A stretch of DNA of 64,000 nucleotides, from assembly GCA_965246715.1 (NCBI GenBank), contig CBDFFH010000039.1, positions 64,001 through 128,000 of the forward strand, read 5' to 3'. Each line of letters opens with the position of its first letter. Position 1 is the stretch's first letter. The position numbers and the translations under genes are program-made. Below the pieces are notes generated by a model. That model saw nothing but the letters and a program-made list of their open reading frames with translations, was not told where the DNA came from and did not search any database. Below, one piece after another: positions 8,482 to 19,410 of the stretch. Origin of the DNA: Chamaesiphon sp. (lineage in GTDB: Bacteria > Cyanobacteriota > Cyanobacteriia > Cyanobacteriales > Chamaesiphonaceae).

Positions 8482-8833
8482 TCCTTCGATCTATGTTCCA
8501 GAGCGAGGGGATATTGTCAAACTCAACTTTAGTCCACAAATAGGACACGAGCAAGCAGGCTATCGTCCAGCGTTAATTCTTTCTCCAGCTCGGTATAATC
8601 AGATCTCATCGCTGGCGTTGATGTGTCCGATTACCAATCAGTCGAAAGGATGGAGCTTTGAAGTAGAAATCAGTGAAGGAATGCAAACAACTGGAGTTGT
8701 TTTGAGCGACCAAGTGAAAAGTTTTGATTGGCGATCGCGACAGGTAAAATTTGTCGAGCGAGTTACTGATGAATTAGTTGAAGAAGTGTTAGCGAAAGTT
8801 GAAACTCTTTTGAGTTTCACCATGTCGAGATAA
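8468..8833 (+). CDS. mazF: MazF/PemK-family endoribonuclease toxin
   Basis: YVPERGDIV.LNF.PQ.GHEQAG.RPAL.LS, CPIT, DQVKSFDW; start approximate. Confidence 0.9.
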   Translation: MKSGNPSIYVPERGDIVKLNFSPQIGHEQAGYRPALILSPARYNQISSLALMCPITNQSKGWSFEVEISEGMQTTGVVLSDQVKSFDWRSRQVKFVERVTDELVEEVLAKVETLLSFTMSR

Positions 8834-8941
8834 GAATGTACCTTAATGATTTTAACCCCGATCGATCGAATCCAACCTAACCCAAAATCTCAGAACCAGC
8901 CCAAACCCAGATTGTTAATAACACAAGGACAATTTTCAATA

Positions 8942-9331
8942 ATGAAAACACAGCTAACACTCGAACAACAGGAAGCAGTTGATGTCTATACACGTTTTGA
9001 TGGTAACTTTATCGATTCTGATATTGAATGGATAACTTATCCAGCACTATTTGACTTTTACATCAATGAATTAAACTATGAGCACGATCCAAAAGAGTGG
9101 GATATCTACAAAAAAGTTTTAACGGAATGTGGTTGCTGGTTTTTACCAGGAGGAAGACATTGGATAATTTGCGATCGACCTATCAAATTAGTACTCGATG
9201 AGGAAGGAAACCTTCATGCAGATGGTGAGCCATCGATCGTATATTCTGATGGTTTCGCACTATATGCCGAACATGGCAAAATACAATCAATGGTAATGCC
9301 CGATCGAACCCAATCCAACCCAAAATCCTAA
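8942..9331 (+). CDS. DUF6745-like domain protein
   Basis: CGCWF....WIICDRP.KL.LDEEG.LHADGEP.I.Y.DG..LYA.HG motif; start moved to internal ATG. Confidence 0.6.
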   Translation: MKTQLTLEQQEAVDVYTRFDGNFIDSDIEWITYPALFDFYINELNYEHDPKEWDIYKKVLTECGCWFLPGGRHWIICDRPIKLVLDEEGNLHADGEPSIVYSDGFALYAEHGKIQSMVMPDRTQSNPKS

Positions 9332-9470
9332 AACCAGCCCAAACCCAGACAGTGGAAACATCCCACCCCACAAACCTACTTGCACCGAGCGAAGTCGAAG
9401 TGTCCCCTCCCTTTACAACCCAAACCCAGAGAGGGAAAATAAACACTAGTACGATCGAGGAAGAAGTAAC

Positions 9471-10904
9471 GTGAGTCAACAATTTGACTATGATTTGGTA
9501 ATTATCGGCGCAGGAGTGGGCGGACATGGGGCTGCGCTTCATGCCGTGAGTTGTGGGCTGAAGACTGCCATTATCGAAGCAGGGGATATGGGTGGAACTT
9601 GCGTGAATCGTGGTTGTATCCCCTCCAAGGCACTGCTGGCGGCTTCGGGCAGAGTGCGGGAAATGAAAAATGCCCACCATCTCAAGGCGATGGGGATTCA
9701 GGTGGCGAATGTGACTTTCGATCGCGAAGGCATCGCGGCACATGCGAGTAATCTGGTAACGAAGTTACGCGGCGATCTGACGAATAGTTTGACGCGGTTA
9801 AATGTCGATGTCATTCGCGGGTTTGGGACGGTGGCGGGAGCGCAGAAGGTGAGCGTGACGACACCTGAAGGGGAGAAGACTATCACCGCTAAGGATGTGA
9901 TGATTTCTTCTGGTTCGATTCCGTTTGTACCGCCTGGGATTGAGGTGGATGGCAAGACGGTATTTACTAGCGATGATGCGATTAAATTAGAGACAGTGCC
10001 CCAGTGGGTGGCGATTATCGGTAGCGGTTATATCGGGTTGGAATTTTCCGATGTGTATACCGCCTTGGGTTCGGAAGTGACGATAATTGAATTTCTCGAC
10101 CAATTGATGCCGGGATTCGATACCGATATCGCTAAACTTGCCAAACGGATTTTAATCGATCCGCGTGACATTGACGCACGATCGAGTCTCCTTGCCAAGC
10201 GGGTAATTCCTGGTTCGCCTGTCGTCATCGAATTAGCCGATGCCAAGACGAAGGAAGTGGTCGAAATCCTCGAGGTCGATGCTTGCCTCGTAGCGACGGG
10301 ACGGATTCCCGACACCAAAAACCTCAATTTGGAGGCTATAGGAGTATCCCTTGACCGCCGAGGCTTCATTCCGGTGAATGATAAGCTAGAGGTCTTGGTT
10401 GATGGTGTACCAGTGCCGCATTTATGGGCGATCGGGGATGCGACTGGTAAGATGATGTTGGCTCATGCTGCTTCGGCTCAGGGGATTGTTGCAGTCGAGA
10501 ATATCTGCGGTCGATCGCGTGAGATCGATTACAGTAGTATTCCAGCGGCGGCGTTTACTCACCCAGAGATTAGTTTTGTAGGGATGACGGAGACGCAAGC
10601 GAAGGAAGCAGGTACGGCTGGCGGTTATGAGGTAGCGGCGGTGCGGAGTTACTTTAAGGGTAATTCTAAAGCGATTGCTGAAGGGGAAGCGGATGGGATG
10701 GCAAAGGTGATTTACCGGAAGGATACTGGTGAGGTATTGGGGACGCATATTATCGGGTTGCACGCTGCGGATCTGATTCATGAGGCTTCTAATGCGATCG
10801 CGCAGCGGAATTCGGTGCAAAATCTAGCTAGTTATGTTCACGCTCATCCTACTTTATCTGAGGTGTTGGATGAGGCGTACAAACGCGCTGCTGGGGTTCA
10901 TTAA
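9471..10904 (+). CDS. lpdA: dihydrolipoyl dehydrogenase
   Basis: [19 protein letters not shown] redox disulfide, HAHPTLSE. Confidence 0.95.
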   Translation: MSQQFDYDLVIIGAGVGGHGAALHAVSCGLKTAIIEAGDMGGTCVNRGCIPSKALLAASGRVREMKNAHHLKAMGIQVANVTFDREGIAAHASNLVTKLRGDLTNSLTRLNVDVIRGFGTVAGAQKVSVTTPEGEKTITAKDVMISSGSIPFVPPGIEVDGKTVFTSDDAIKLETVPQWVAIIGSGYIGLEFSDVYTALGSEVTIIEFLDQLMPGFDTDIAKLAKRILIDPRDIDARSSLLAKRVIPGSPVVIELADAKTKEVVEILEVDACLVATGRIPDTKNLNLEAIGVSLDRRGFIPVNDKLEVLVDGVPVPHLWAIGDATGKMMLAHAASAQGIVAVENICGRSREIDYSSIPAAAFTHPEISFVGMTETQAKEAGTAGGYEVAAVRSYFKGNSKAIAEGEADGMAKVIYRKDTGEVLGTHIIGLHAADLIHEASNAIAQRNSVQNLASYVHAHPTLSEVLDEAYKRAAGVH

Positions 10905-10912
10905 TCTCTAGC

Positions 10913-11062
10913 TTCGATCGACAACCGCCCTCGAATGAATTCGGGGCTAATAGCGAAAGTCCACTGAAGTGGACTGCGAGAGGATTAGTGGTTGAGAGAG
11001 TTCATTTCAATGAACTTTACACGTTAGCCCGAAATTCTATTTTAGGGCGGTTGTCGATCGGA
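10913..11062. repeat. palindromic REP/MITE-like element
   Basis: Outer IR CGATCGACAACCGCCCT / AGGGCGGTTGTCGATCG with inner hairpins AGTCCACTGAAGTGGACT and AGTTCATTTCAATGAACT; core shared with elements at 25676 and 29837. Confidence 0.75.
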
Positions 11063-11165
11063 GCAAATTTGCTTTGAATAGTGTCTTATTTATTTTATCG
11101 GGGTGCCTATGGGTACTCCTTGTTTTTGGGTATTGTAAGATTGATGAGATTGGGGAGGAGCGATC

Positions 11166-12134
11166 GTGAGAAGACAGGTACTAAACGAGACAATTTACAG
11201 GGCTAGGATCGATCGAGTTCAAGAGTTAGATTTGGAAGGAAGTTCTATTACTGGGGTACCTAAAAATATCGGTTATCTTACAGATCTCAAAAAATTAAAT
11301 CTGAGTTACAATAAAATTAAAACAATACCTAAAAGTATTGGCAATCTTCGCAATCTGACTCATTTGTATTTAAAAGATACTCAACTTACAAAGTTACCTG
11401 ATAGTATTAGCAATCTGAATAAGCTGACGAAATTATGTATAACTGATTGTCCACTCACTAGCTTACCAGACAGCATTTGCGATCTCATCAACTTGACTTT
11501 TTTAGATTTAGCAGGTAATGAACTTATTGACATACCTAAGAATATCGCCAAACTCATCAACCTAAATTATTTGACTCTAGACTCAAATAATTTATCTAAA
11601 ATTCCAGATAGTGTTTTTAGCCTTTGTAATTTAGGTGCGTTATCCATCGGTGACAGTCAATTAAGCTGTTTAACTGACAGCATTACAAACCTCTCTAATT
11701 TGACGTATATCTATCTAAATCATAATCCGCTAACTGATTTGTCAATTTTAAAAGAATTGCCAAAACTAGAGCAAGTTATTTTTTCGTTCGTAGATTTACC
11801 TCACAGATATTGGACTAAATTGAGTGAATGTAATCCCAAATGGCTGTTGGATGAAAAAAATGCAGAAATCAGGCAAGTATTAATTCAACAGATTGGTTAC
11901 GATCGAATCTGTCAGGAATTAGACGCGATCGATCTCGATACTTGGCGAGAATATACCTTGCTCAAAATTGATACCGATATCGACGAGGAGCCGATGGTAT
12001 TACTCAAGATGACTTGTCCATCCACGGGACATATTCATATCCTGCGCGTACCGCCAGAAATGACCAGTGCCGAAGCCGCGATTACCTGGGTCAATCATGG
12101 CATTCATCCCGACAAATTTACCGTGCAGACTTGA
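11166..12134 (+). CDS. leucine-rich-repeat protein with conserved C-terminal (DUF6745-like) domain
   Basis: About 7 23-aa LPxSIxNLxNLxxLxL repeats; C-terminal WLLDE.NAEIRQ.LIQQIGY...LKMTCPSTGHIHILRVPP. Confidence 0.88.
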   Translation: MRRQVLNETIYRARIDRVQELDLEGSSITGVPKNIGYLTDLKKLNLSYNKIKTIPKSIGNLRNLTHLYLKDTQLTKLPDSISNLNKLTKLCITDCPLTSLPDSICDLINLTFLDLAGNELIDIPKNIAKLINLNYLTLDSNNLSKIPDSVFSLCNLGALSIGDSQLSCLTDSITNLSNLTYIYLNHNPLTDLSILKELPKLEQVIFSFVDLPHRYWTKLSECNPKWLLDEKNAEIRQVLIQQIGYDRICQELDAIDLDTWREYTLLKIDTDIDEEPMVLLKMTCPSTGHIHILRVPPEMTSAEAAITWVNHGIHPDKFTVQT

Positions 12135-12204
12135 ATCGATCTTTCTGGATTGACAAAAAGAGCTAATATTTATAACATATACATTATAAGCGCTCGATTT
12201 CCTT

Positions 12205-12582
12205 ATGTCTGATTGGTCGGTTGAGTTTTATGCAGATGCCGATGGCGATTCTCCTGTTCTAGATTGGTATGAATCTCTAGATGAAAAAACCAAAGCAAAA
12301 CTAATCTGGATCTTTCAACTGCTAGAAACTAATGGTATTGAATTAGGAATGCCCTATATCAAGCCATTGGGAGATAAGCTGTATGAAATCAGAGCAGATG
12401 TAAATCGCAATACTTTTCGAGTTGTCTATTTTCTCTACACGGGAAGAAGGTTTGTATTATTGCACGGCTTTCAGAAGAAGACCCAGAAAACACCGTCAAA
12501 GGAATTGGCAAGAGCTAAAACGTATCTTGAAGATTTTCTCGATCGAAATATTGAATCTACAGATTTAGAACAAGAGGATTAA
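12205..12582 (+). CDS. RelE/ParE-superfamily (Gp49/HigB-like) toxin
   Basis: MPY.KPL..KLYEIR, FRV.YF, LLHGF.KKTQKTP. Confidence 0.85.
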   Translation: MSDWSVEFYADADGDSPVLDWYESLDEKTKAKLIWIFQLLETNGIELGMPYIKPLGDKLYEIRADVNRNTFRVVYFLYTGRRFVLLHGFQKKTQKTPSKELARAKTYLEDFLDRNIESTDLEQED

Positions 12583-12587
12583 AATAT

Positions 12588-12992
12588 ATGACTGCCAAAA
12601 CAATTCCGCTTGCCGAAGTAGTTGCCAAGAGTCTGAGCGATCCCGCAATTCGACAAGAATATGAAGCCTTAAGAGAAGAGTTTCAGATTGCTCAGCTAAT
12701 TATCAATATGCGAAAAGCGGCTAAATTAACTCAACAAGAACTAGCAAACCGCACTGGAATCAAACAACCTCAGTTAGCAAGAATTGAGGCAGGAGGACAA
12801 TTGCCTAGATTAGATACTTTGGCAAATTTGGCAAAAGAGGCTGGTTATGATGTGGAGATTCATTTAATTCCTAAATCTCCAAGTGTTGAGAATACCGAAC
12901 TACTTTCACCACTTTCGATCGCAGTTTCAGCCAGGGTGAACGCATCAAAACAGGATTTATTTCGATCGAGAGCCACTAAAATAGGCGATTAA
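12588..12992 (+). CDS. XRE-HTH antitoxin (HigA-like); C-terminus altered by ISAs1 insertion
   Basis: LTQQELA.RTGIKQPQLARIEAG HTH; last ~20 codons read into the IS. Confidence 0.85.
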   Translation: MTAKTIPLAEVVAKSLSDPAIRQEYEALREEFQIAQLIINMRKAAKLTQQELANRTGIKQPQLARIEAGGQLPRLDTLANLAKEAGYDVEIHLIPKSPSVENTELLSPLSIAVSARVNASKQDLFRSRATKIGD

Positions 12993-14419
12993 TGATATTC
13001 GATTGCTTAACTACAATTACGACAATATCAATAAAATCGAAACCAAAGACGAGGTTAAATTAACTCAATTTAGTCCGGCAAAAGTGCGGCTAAAGATATT
13101 TAGCCAAATTCATACTCTGGGGTTAGTTAAATTTAGGCTAAAATAGCCTCTAGAAGTTCGCGCGAATATTCTTCATCAAGGCTCGCAAGAAATCGCTTCT
13201 TCCTAACACTTAGTTTTCGACTCTTGTTCTGACTCATTATATTAACTGCTATATGTCTTAAAACAGCAAAATTAGCTGGAGCATTATCTTTTCTAATTCG
13301 ACTAATGTCTTCTTTGAAAATAACATCAAGTACCCAATGGAGTGAATTTTCTATCGACCAATGACCTCTGATTGCTTCTGCTAGTTTTTCAACATTATCT
13401 TCTAAGCTACTGATGAAATAACGAGCTTCTACGCTGGTTTTTTCATTGACAACTCGAACTGATTCTACCATGCAAATACTAGTCAGATTTTGCCATTTTA
13501 GCAATGGATCTATTGATGTTGCAATGTCTGATATCATTAGGTAATTACGAGTTTCCTCTCTACCTCTATTCATCTCTCTACTGCTGAAGCTATGCGTTTT
13601 CAGACTTTCACCACGAGTTTTAATCGCCTGTTTGAATAGCTGTTCTACCCTTTCATATAAACTTGGTTGATTCTTTTTGACAGCAATTACATAATCTGCT
13701 TCTTTTTTGACAATTTTCTTGACTATTTCTCGCTGACATCCCATTGCATCAATTGTCACTATACATCCAGCTAGATCTAAGGCATTAATCAACTCAGGCA
13801 ATGCAGTAATTTCATTTGATTTACTCTCGACTTTTGTTTGTCCTAATACTAATCTATTACTTGCTGCCCAAGCACTGACCGTATTAATTACTCCTTTACC
13901 ATTTTTTTCGTCTCTTGAATTTCGAGATTGTTCTCCATCAAATGCGATTATCTCTCCTGCTGTTATTTTACTTATTCCTTTAATCCAATGCAGGAAAGAT
14001 TTATTGAATTCTTCAGGATTAATTTGTGAAAATACCCGTGCAAATGTATCGTGAGATGGTATCCCATTCGGTAATTCTAGAAATTCCTCCAGCCATTTTT
14101 TTCTGGTGATGCCATACAGCTCTATGTCTTCCCATCCATCTGCTCCACATACTACTGCACAAATCGAGATCGTGATAATATCGATTAGTTTGTGTTTTTT
14201 CCCCCGTTCAATTCTAATGTCTTTTATGTCACCAAAGTGTTCTGCGATACTATGCCTTGGCTTTAGCTTCATTTGACGCGATCTGAATTTCCAATAAATA
14301 TAACATAATTAACTGGCTATACTTGTTTACCATTAAAGCTTTCATACTTTTCGTAATTCAAATCTGCAACTGATTTGCGAGGATTTTAAATAGTAGGAAA
14401 TTTAAGTGCGTTCACCCTG
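12932..14419 (-). mobile_element. ISAs1-family IS, copy 2 (1488 bp)
   Basis: Same TIRs as copy 1; 10-bp TSD CAGTTTCAGC (12922-12931, 14420-14429). Confidence 0.95.
13133..14272 (-). CDS. ISAs1-family transposase (K114E variant)
   Basis: Protein matches 5981-7120 except DGK to DGE. Confidence 0.93.
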   Translation of the reverse strand: MKLKPRHSIAEHFGDIKDIRIERGKKHKLIDIITISICAVVCGADGWEDIELYGITRKKWLEEFLELPNGIPSHDTFARVFSQINPEEFNKSFLHWIKGISKITAGEIIAFDGEQSRNSRDEKNGKGVINTVSAWAASNRLVLGQTKVESKSNEITALPELINALDLAGCIVTIDAMGCQREIVKKIVKKEADYVIAVKKNQPSLYERVEQLFKQAIKTRGESLKTHSFSSREMNRGREETRNYLMISDIATSIDPLLKWQNLTSICMVESVRVVNEKTSVEARYFISSLEDNVEKLAEAIRGHWSIENSLHWVLDVIFKEDISRIRKDNAPANFAVLRHIAVNIMSQNKSRKLSVRKKRFLASLDEEYSRELLEAILA

Positions 14420-14469
14420 CAGTTTCAGCCTCCACTTAATCTTTTGACTAAGGTAATAACTATATTCAC

Positions 14470-14748
14470 ATGAAAATTTTGCCCTTACAAAACTTACGTT
14501 CTTTCCCTCTAAATCTACCCCTCGAAGGTGCTGTGAGGATAGAATTGGTAGAGGGCGTTCCCATATTTCAGGCTTCTAGTCTCGTCCAAACTCGGATTGA
14601 GGCTTTACTCGCAAAACAACAAGATGACACCCTCAGCCCAATGGAAGAAGAGGAGCTAGATTGTTATGAAGACATCGATGACTATCTCAGCTTTGTCAAT
14701 CGGATGGTACGGAATGCTTCGTTTTCCCAGCCAGAAGCAAATGTCTAA
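14470..14748 (+). CDS. hypothetical protein (small partner gene upstream of HNH remnant)
   Basis: 92-aa ORF, RIE.LL.KQ....LS..EEEELD.YE.IDDYLS..NR; overlaps downstream ATG. Confidence 0.6.
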   Translation: MKILPLQNLRSFPLNLPLEGAVRIELVEGVPIFQASSLVQTRIEALLAKQQDDTLSPMEEEELDCYEDIDDYLSFVNRMVRNASFSQPEANV

Positions 14749-14923
14749 TCATGTCCCGCAACAAAATTTCCGAGCGTATTCAACTGAGGGAATATCTATA
14801 ATTGGTAGAGCGACTGTAGATGCATTGCTACTAAATCGCGCTCGAGTCATTCCCATTCGCCTTGCAGATCGAGAAATTGGTAGACATCCACCGATCGACG
14901 ATCCAATTCAACCTAATACTTGA
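14741..14923 (+). pseudogene. HNH endonuclease remnant with internal deletion
   Basis: MSNHVPQQ joined almost directly to G.S.IGRATV..L.LNR.R.I.IR.AD..IGRHPP.DDPIQ; CxxC/HNH core absent. Confidence 0.55.
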
Positions 14924-15104
14924 GACTAATGCGACTTCTGCGAGAAGTCGGGGTTGTCGTAGGAATGAGTATCTTAAGATGGATCGCAATTACAGCTTCG
15001 ACTTAATCTCTGGGTTGTCACAATACACATATTTACCTGATGACACTTTAAATACCTCTGATTTGTGTGTATTTTAAGATTGACGGAATAGGGGAATATC
15101 GATC

Positions 15105-16004
15105 GTGACTGAAGAAGAATTAGAAGAAATAATTGAGAAGGCGAGGATCGATCGAGTTTCCGAACTAGATTTGAGTTGCAAAAACCTGATGTCATTACCA
15201 AACAGCATTGGGAATATTTATACTCTCAAAGAACTAGACATAACAGACAACAAGCTCGTAGAACTACCTGACAGTATTGGAAATCTTACTAATCTCAAAA
15301 AACTATCCGTTGAGGATAATTATCTTGAATATTTACCGGAGAGCATTGGTAATCTTCTTAACTTGACTCATCTGTTTATAGGAGTCAATGAACTTTTATG
15401 TTTACCAGAAAGTATCGGCAATCTTAATAATTTAGCTTATCTATTCCTAGGATGTAATTCTATCGCTCATATCCCAGATAGTTTCAACGAACTTCGTAAT
15501 CTCATTGAACTAGATTTAGGATACAACAAAATTGACTATTTACCAAAAAGCATCGTTAGCTTTTCTAGATTAGTTGAAATAAATTTAGACGCAAATCCTA
15601 TTGATGATTTATCGATTCTGCAAGCTTTGCCAGAACTAATTCGTGTAAAGTTTCTTGGGATCTACCCGCCTCGTAGATATTGGACTAAGTTGAGTGATTG
15701 GAGTCCTAAATGGTTGCTAGACGAAGAGAATGCAGAAATCAGGCAAATATTAATCCAACAGATTGGTTACGATCGAATCTGTCAGGAATTAGACGCGATC
15801 GATCTAGACACTTGGCGAGAATACACCTTACTCAACATTAATACCGATATCGACGAGGAGCCAATGGTATTACTCAAGATGACTTGTCCCTCGACGGGAC
15901 ATATTCATATCCTGCGCGTACCACCAGAGATGACTAGTGCAGCAGCAGCGATTACGTGGGTAAATCATGGCATTCATCCTGACGAATTTGCCGTGCAGAC
16001 ATGA
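15105..16004 (+). CDS. leucine-rich-repeat protein, paralog of 11166-12134
   Basis: LPESIGNL repeats; near-identical C-terminal ~90 aa. Confidence 0.88.
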   Translation: MTEEELEEIIEKARIDRVSELDLSCKNLMSLPNSIGNIYTLKELDITDNKLVELPDSIGNLTNLKKLSVEDNYLEYLPESIGNLLNLTHLFIGVNELLCLPESIGNLNNLAYLFLGCNSIAHIPDSFNELRNLIELDLGYNKIDYLPKSIVSFSRLVEINLDANPIDDLSILQALPELIRVKFLGIYPPRRYWTKLSDWSPKWLLDEENAEIRQILIQQIGYDRICQELDAIDLDTWREYTLLNINTDIDEEPMVLLKMTCPSTGHIHILRVPPEMTSAAAAITWVNHGIHPDEFAVQT

Positions 16005-16244
16005 ATCGATATTCTGGTATTTTCGATCGAATGGAAACAAGTAGATCATCGATCGAAGCCAATTTGACCGAGTGTAGTCGAAGTATGTGTGCCTGAAGTC
16101 GAAGTTTCATGACTCGATCGCATCACTGGTGATGGAGACTAAGAGCGAATAGACTAGCTCGAATGCCCAAGCCTCAACATTATCTAACCATTAACGCGCA
16201 ATGTAGAGTACAATGGTAAATTGTGTCTAAAGATATTTATTCCA

Positions 16245-16442
16245 ATGCCAAAACTCAAAAGCCGCAAAGCAGCAGCGAAGCGTTTTCGCGCCAGCGGCAG
16301 CGGTAAAATCATCCGCCGCAAGGCATTTAAGAGCCACCTGCTCGAACACAAAAGTTCCGACAAACGCAACAAACTGTCTAAAGCAGTAGTCGTTGACGAA
16401 ACCGATGTAGCGAGAATCCGTGGGATGCTCCCCTACTTGTAA
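16245..16442 (+). CDS. rpmI: 50S ribosomal protein L35
   Basis: [19 protein letters not shown]; upstream of rplT. Confidence 0.97.
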   Translation: MPKLKSRKAAAKRFRASGSGKIIRRKAFKSHLLEHKSSDKRNKLSKAVVVDETDVARIRGMLPYL

Positions 16443-16599
16443 ATTATCGGCCTCGATAATGACAACACTGGTAGCTTGAGGACTGACAGCTTAGGAATCG
16501 CTAACGATCGACAGTCACCACTGTCAACCAATTGCTATTTACTATCTGCTGAATAATGCCGTAGAGCAATTTTAATCACCAACTAACATCATCTAACAT

Positions 16600-16953
16600 A
16601 TGACTCGGGTAAAGCGCGGTAACGTGGCGCGGAAGCACCGCAACAAAATTCTCAAATTAGCAAAAGGTTTTAGAGGTTCGCACTCTAAACTCTATCGGAT
16701 TGCTAATCAACAAGTAATGAAGGCATTACGGAATGCCTATCGCGATCGTAAGAAGAAGAAACGTGATTTTCGTCGTCTGTGGATCGCACGGATCAATGCC
16801 GCAGCACGCGCGCATGGCATGAGCTACAGCAAACTAATCGGGCAAATGAAAAAAGCCGACATCCAACTCAATCGGAAGATGTTAGCTCAAATCGCTATTC
16901 TCGATCCTGCAAGCTTCGAGCAAGTAGTCAAGCTAGCCGCAGCGGCAGAATAG
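16600..16953 (+). CDS. rplT: 50S ribosomal protein L20
   Basis: MTRVKRG...[23 protein letters not shown]. Confidence 0.97.
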   Translation: MTRVKRGNVARKHRNKILKLAKGFRGSHSKLYRIANQQVMKALRNAYRDRKKKKRDFRRLWIARINAAARAHGMSYSKLIGQMKKADIQLNRKMLAQIAILDPASFEQVVKLAAAAE

Positions 16954-16982
16954 AAATGTCGATCGAGGATAAAGGATAAAGG

Positions 16983-17756
16983 ATGAAATATCGATTTACA
17001 GCTTTATTCTTTGCCTCGATTGTCAGTCTGGGTATTGGGTGGCAATCAGCACAAGCTGGGACGCTCAAAGAAATCCAGCAGCGGCGGAAATTAGTTGTCG
17101 CAGTCAAAGATAATACCCCACCATTAGGATTTCGCGATCGCAGTGGCAATTTACAGGGCTTGGAAATCGATATCGCCCGTAAATTAGCCGAAGAAATATT
17201 TAGTAAGCCAGATGCAATTGAGTTAATTCCTGTCACCAATCAAGATCGACTCAAAGTAGTCATCGATGGAACTGTAGATATTACAATTGCTAGAGTTACA
17301 GTTACACCCAATCGATCTCGTGTCGTCGATTTTAGCAGATATTATTATTTAGATGGCACGAGTATCCTTACCAATCAACCTCAGCTTGTCAAAACTAGAG
17401 ATCTAGTTGGGAAGAAAGTCGCGGTACTGAACCATTCGAGTACGATTGCCTCACTGCAATATGTCATCCCTGAGGCACAATTAGTCGGTGTCGATAGTTA
17501 TCAACAAGCGCAAGATTTCCTTGCAGCAGGCAAAGTTGTAGCAATTGCGGCAGATCGCAGTTTACTCGTCAGCTGGGTAAACGCCAATCCTGCCTATCAT
17601 CTCTTACCCAATAAATTATCTACTGAAGCATTAGGCATTGTGCTTCCTAAAGGCACGAAATATATCGCCCTGCTGGATCTTGTCAATCGATCGATCGAAG
17701 GTTGGCAAACTAGCGGCTGGCTTCAGGAACGCGTGCGGTACTGGGGCTTGAAATAG
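16983..17756 (+). CDS. amino-acid ABC transporter substrate-binding protein (family 3)
   Basis: Signal peptide, PPLGF...GLEIDIA, T..R...VDFS..YY. Confidence 0.85.
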   Translation: MKYRFTALFFASIVSLGIGWQSAQAGTLKEIQQRRKLVVAVKDNTPPLGFRDRSGNLQGLEIDIARKLAEEIFSKPDAIELIPVTNQDRLKVVIDGTVDITIARVTVTPNRSRVVDFSRYYYLDGTSILTNQPQLVKTRDLVGKKVAVLNHSSTIASLQYVIPEAQLVGVDSYQQAQDFLAAGKVVAIAADRSLLVSWVNANPAYHLLPNKLSTEALGIVLPKGTKYIALLDLVNRSIEGWQTSGWLQERVRYWGLK

Positions 17757-17850
17757 TTAACAGTTATCAATTGTTAGTGTCATCAGCTTTGAGCCAAGCT
17801 ATCATAATTAATTGGAGATCGAGTATCTGGGCTTAAAATTGGGTAAATCT

Positions 17851-17889
17851 GCCCTATTCCCTATTCCCTGTTCCCTATTCCCTATCCCT
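17851..17889. repeat. heptameric short tandem repeat (CCCTATT)n
   Basis: About 5 units; related arrays at ~39454-39489 (reverse orientation) and ~39574-39591. Confidence 0.75.
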
Positions 17890-17897
17890 TATTTAAA

Positions 17898-18440
17898 ATG
17901 GATTTTTTTTCAGATCGAGATTTACTTACCGTTTATCTATCGGCGTTTTTACTGCTACTGACTGTTGCCGCATTCTTTATCTTCAGACAAATTCTGAAAA
18001 CTCGCAAGATTGAGAGTGCCTTAACTAGATTAGAGCGCAAGCTAAAAAACGAACGCGGCACCGTTCAGGAATATTATGAATTAGGCAGTATTTACTTAGA
18101 GAAAAAGATGTTTTCTCAAGCAAATATCATCCTTAAAAAGTCACTAAAAGCTGAGGATGTAGATTCGACCCCGATGGCTCCTGTCTACAATGCATTAGGC
18201 TATGCCTATTTCGGACAAGAGCAGTATGACATGGCAATTCGTCAATATAAAGAAGCAATTAAAATCGAACCAGAATATGTGATGGCGATGAATAATCTCG
18301 GTCACGCTTACGAGCAAAAAAAATTGACATCTCAGGCTTTGGATATTTATGAGCGTGTCTTAGAACTCGAACCAAAAAATGAAACTGCCAAACGTCGGAG
18401 TGAATCACTTCGCCGTCGCTTGGTAGTAAGCAGTAAGTAG
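17898..18440 (+). CDS. ycf37: TPR protein, Ycf37-like photosystem I assembly factor
   Basis: N-terminal TM helix then three TPR motifs (YYELGSIY, YNALGYAY, MNNLGHAY). Confidence 0.7.
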   Translation: MDFFSDRDLLTVYLSAFLLLLTVAAFFIFRQILKTRKIESALTRLERKLKNERGTVQEYYELGSIYLEKKMFSQANIILKKSLKAEDVDSTPMAPVYNALGYAYFGQEQYDMAIRQYKEAIKIEPEYVMAMNNLGHAYEQKKLTSQALDIYERVLELEPKNETAKRRSESLRRRLVVSSK

Positions 18441-18521
18441 ATAGTGGCTGATTTATTGACAAGATATATTAACAAATATTCGATCGATCTTTATTTCGAT
18501 CGCTCTATTTGCTAAAGTTAA

Positions 18522-19292
<771 letters not shown>

Positions 19293-19354
19293 TCTCGATC
19301 GAGTCATCCAAATCGATACAATAAATCCCCATCGATACAATAAATCCCCAATGC

Positions 19355-19389
19355 AAAACCCCCCTCACTATCACTAGTGAGGGGGGTTT
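19355..19389 (-). terminator. rho-independent terminator after psbA (possibly bidirectional with fabG)
   Basis: AAAACCCCCCTCACTA-TCAC-TAGTGAGGGGGGTTTT perfect hairpin. Confidence 0.8.
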
Positions 19390-19410
19390 AAATCATTCAA
19401 TCAGTCGGAA

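Noticed and set aside
19312..19349. 19-bp tandem duplication ATCGATACAATAAATCCCC as a CRISPR
   Set aside because: Two adjacent copies with no spacer; simple duplication.
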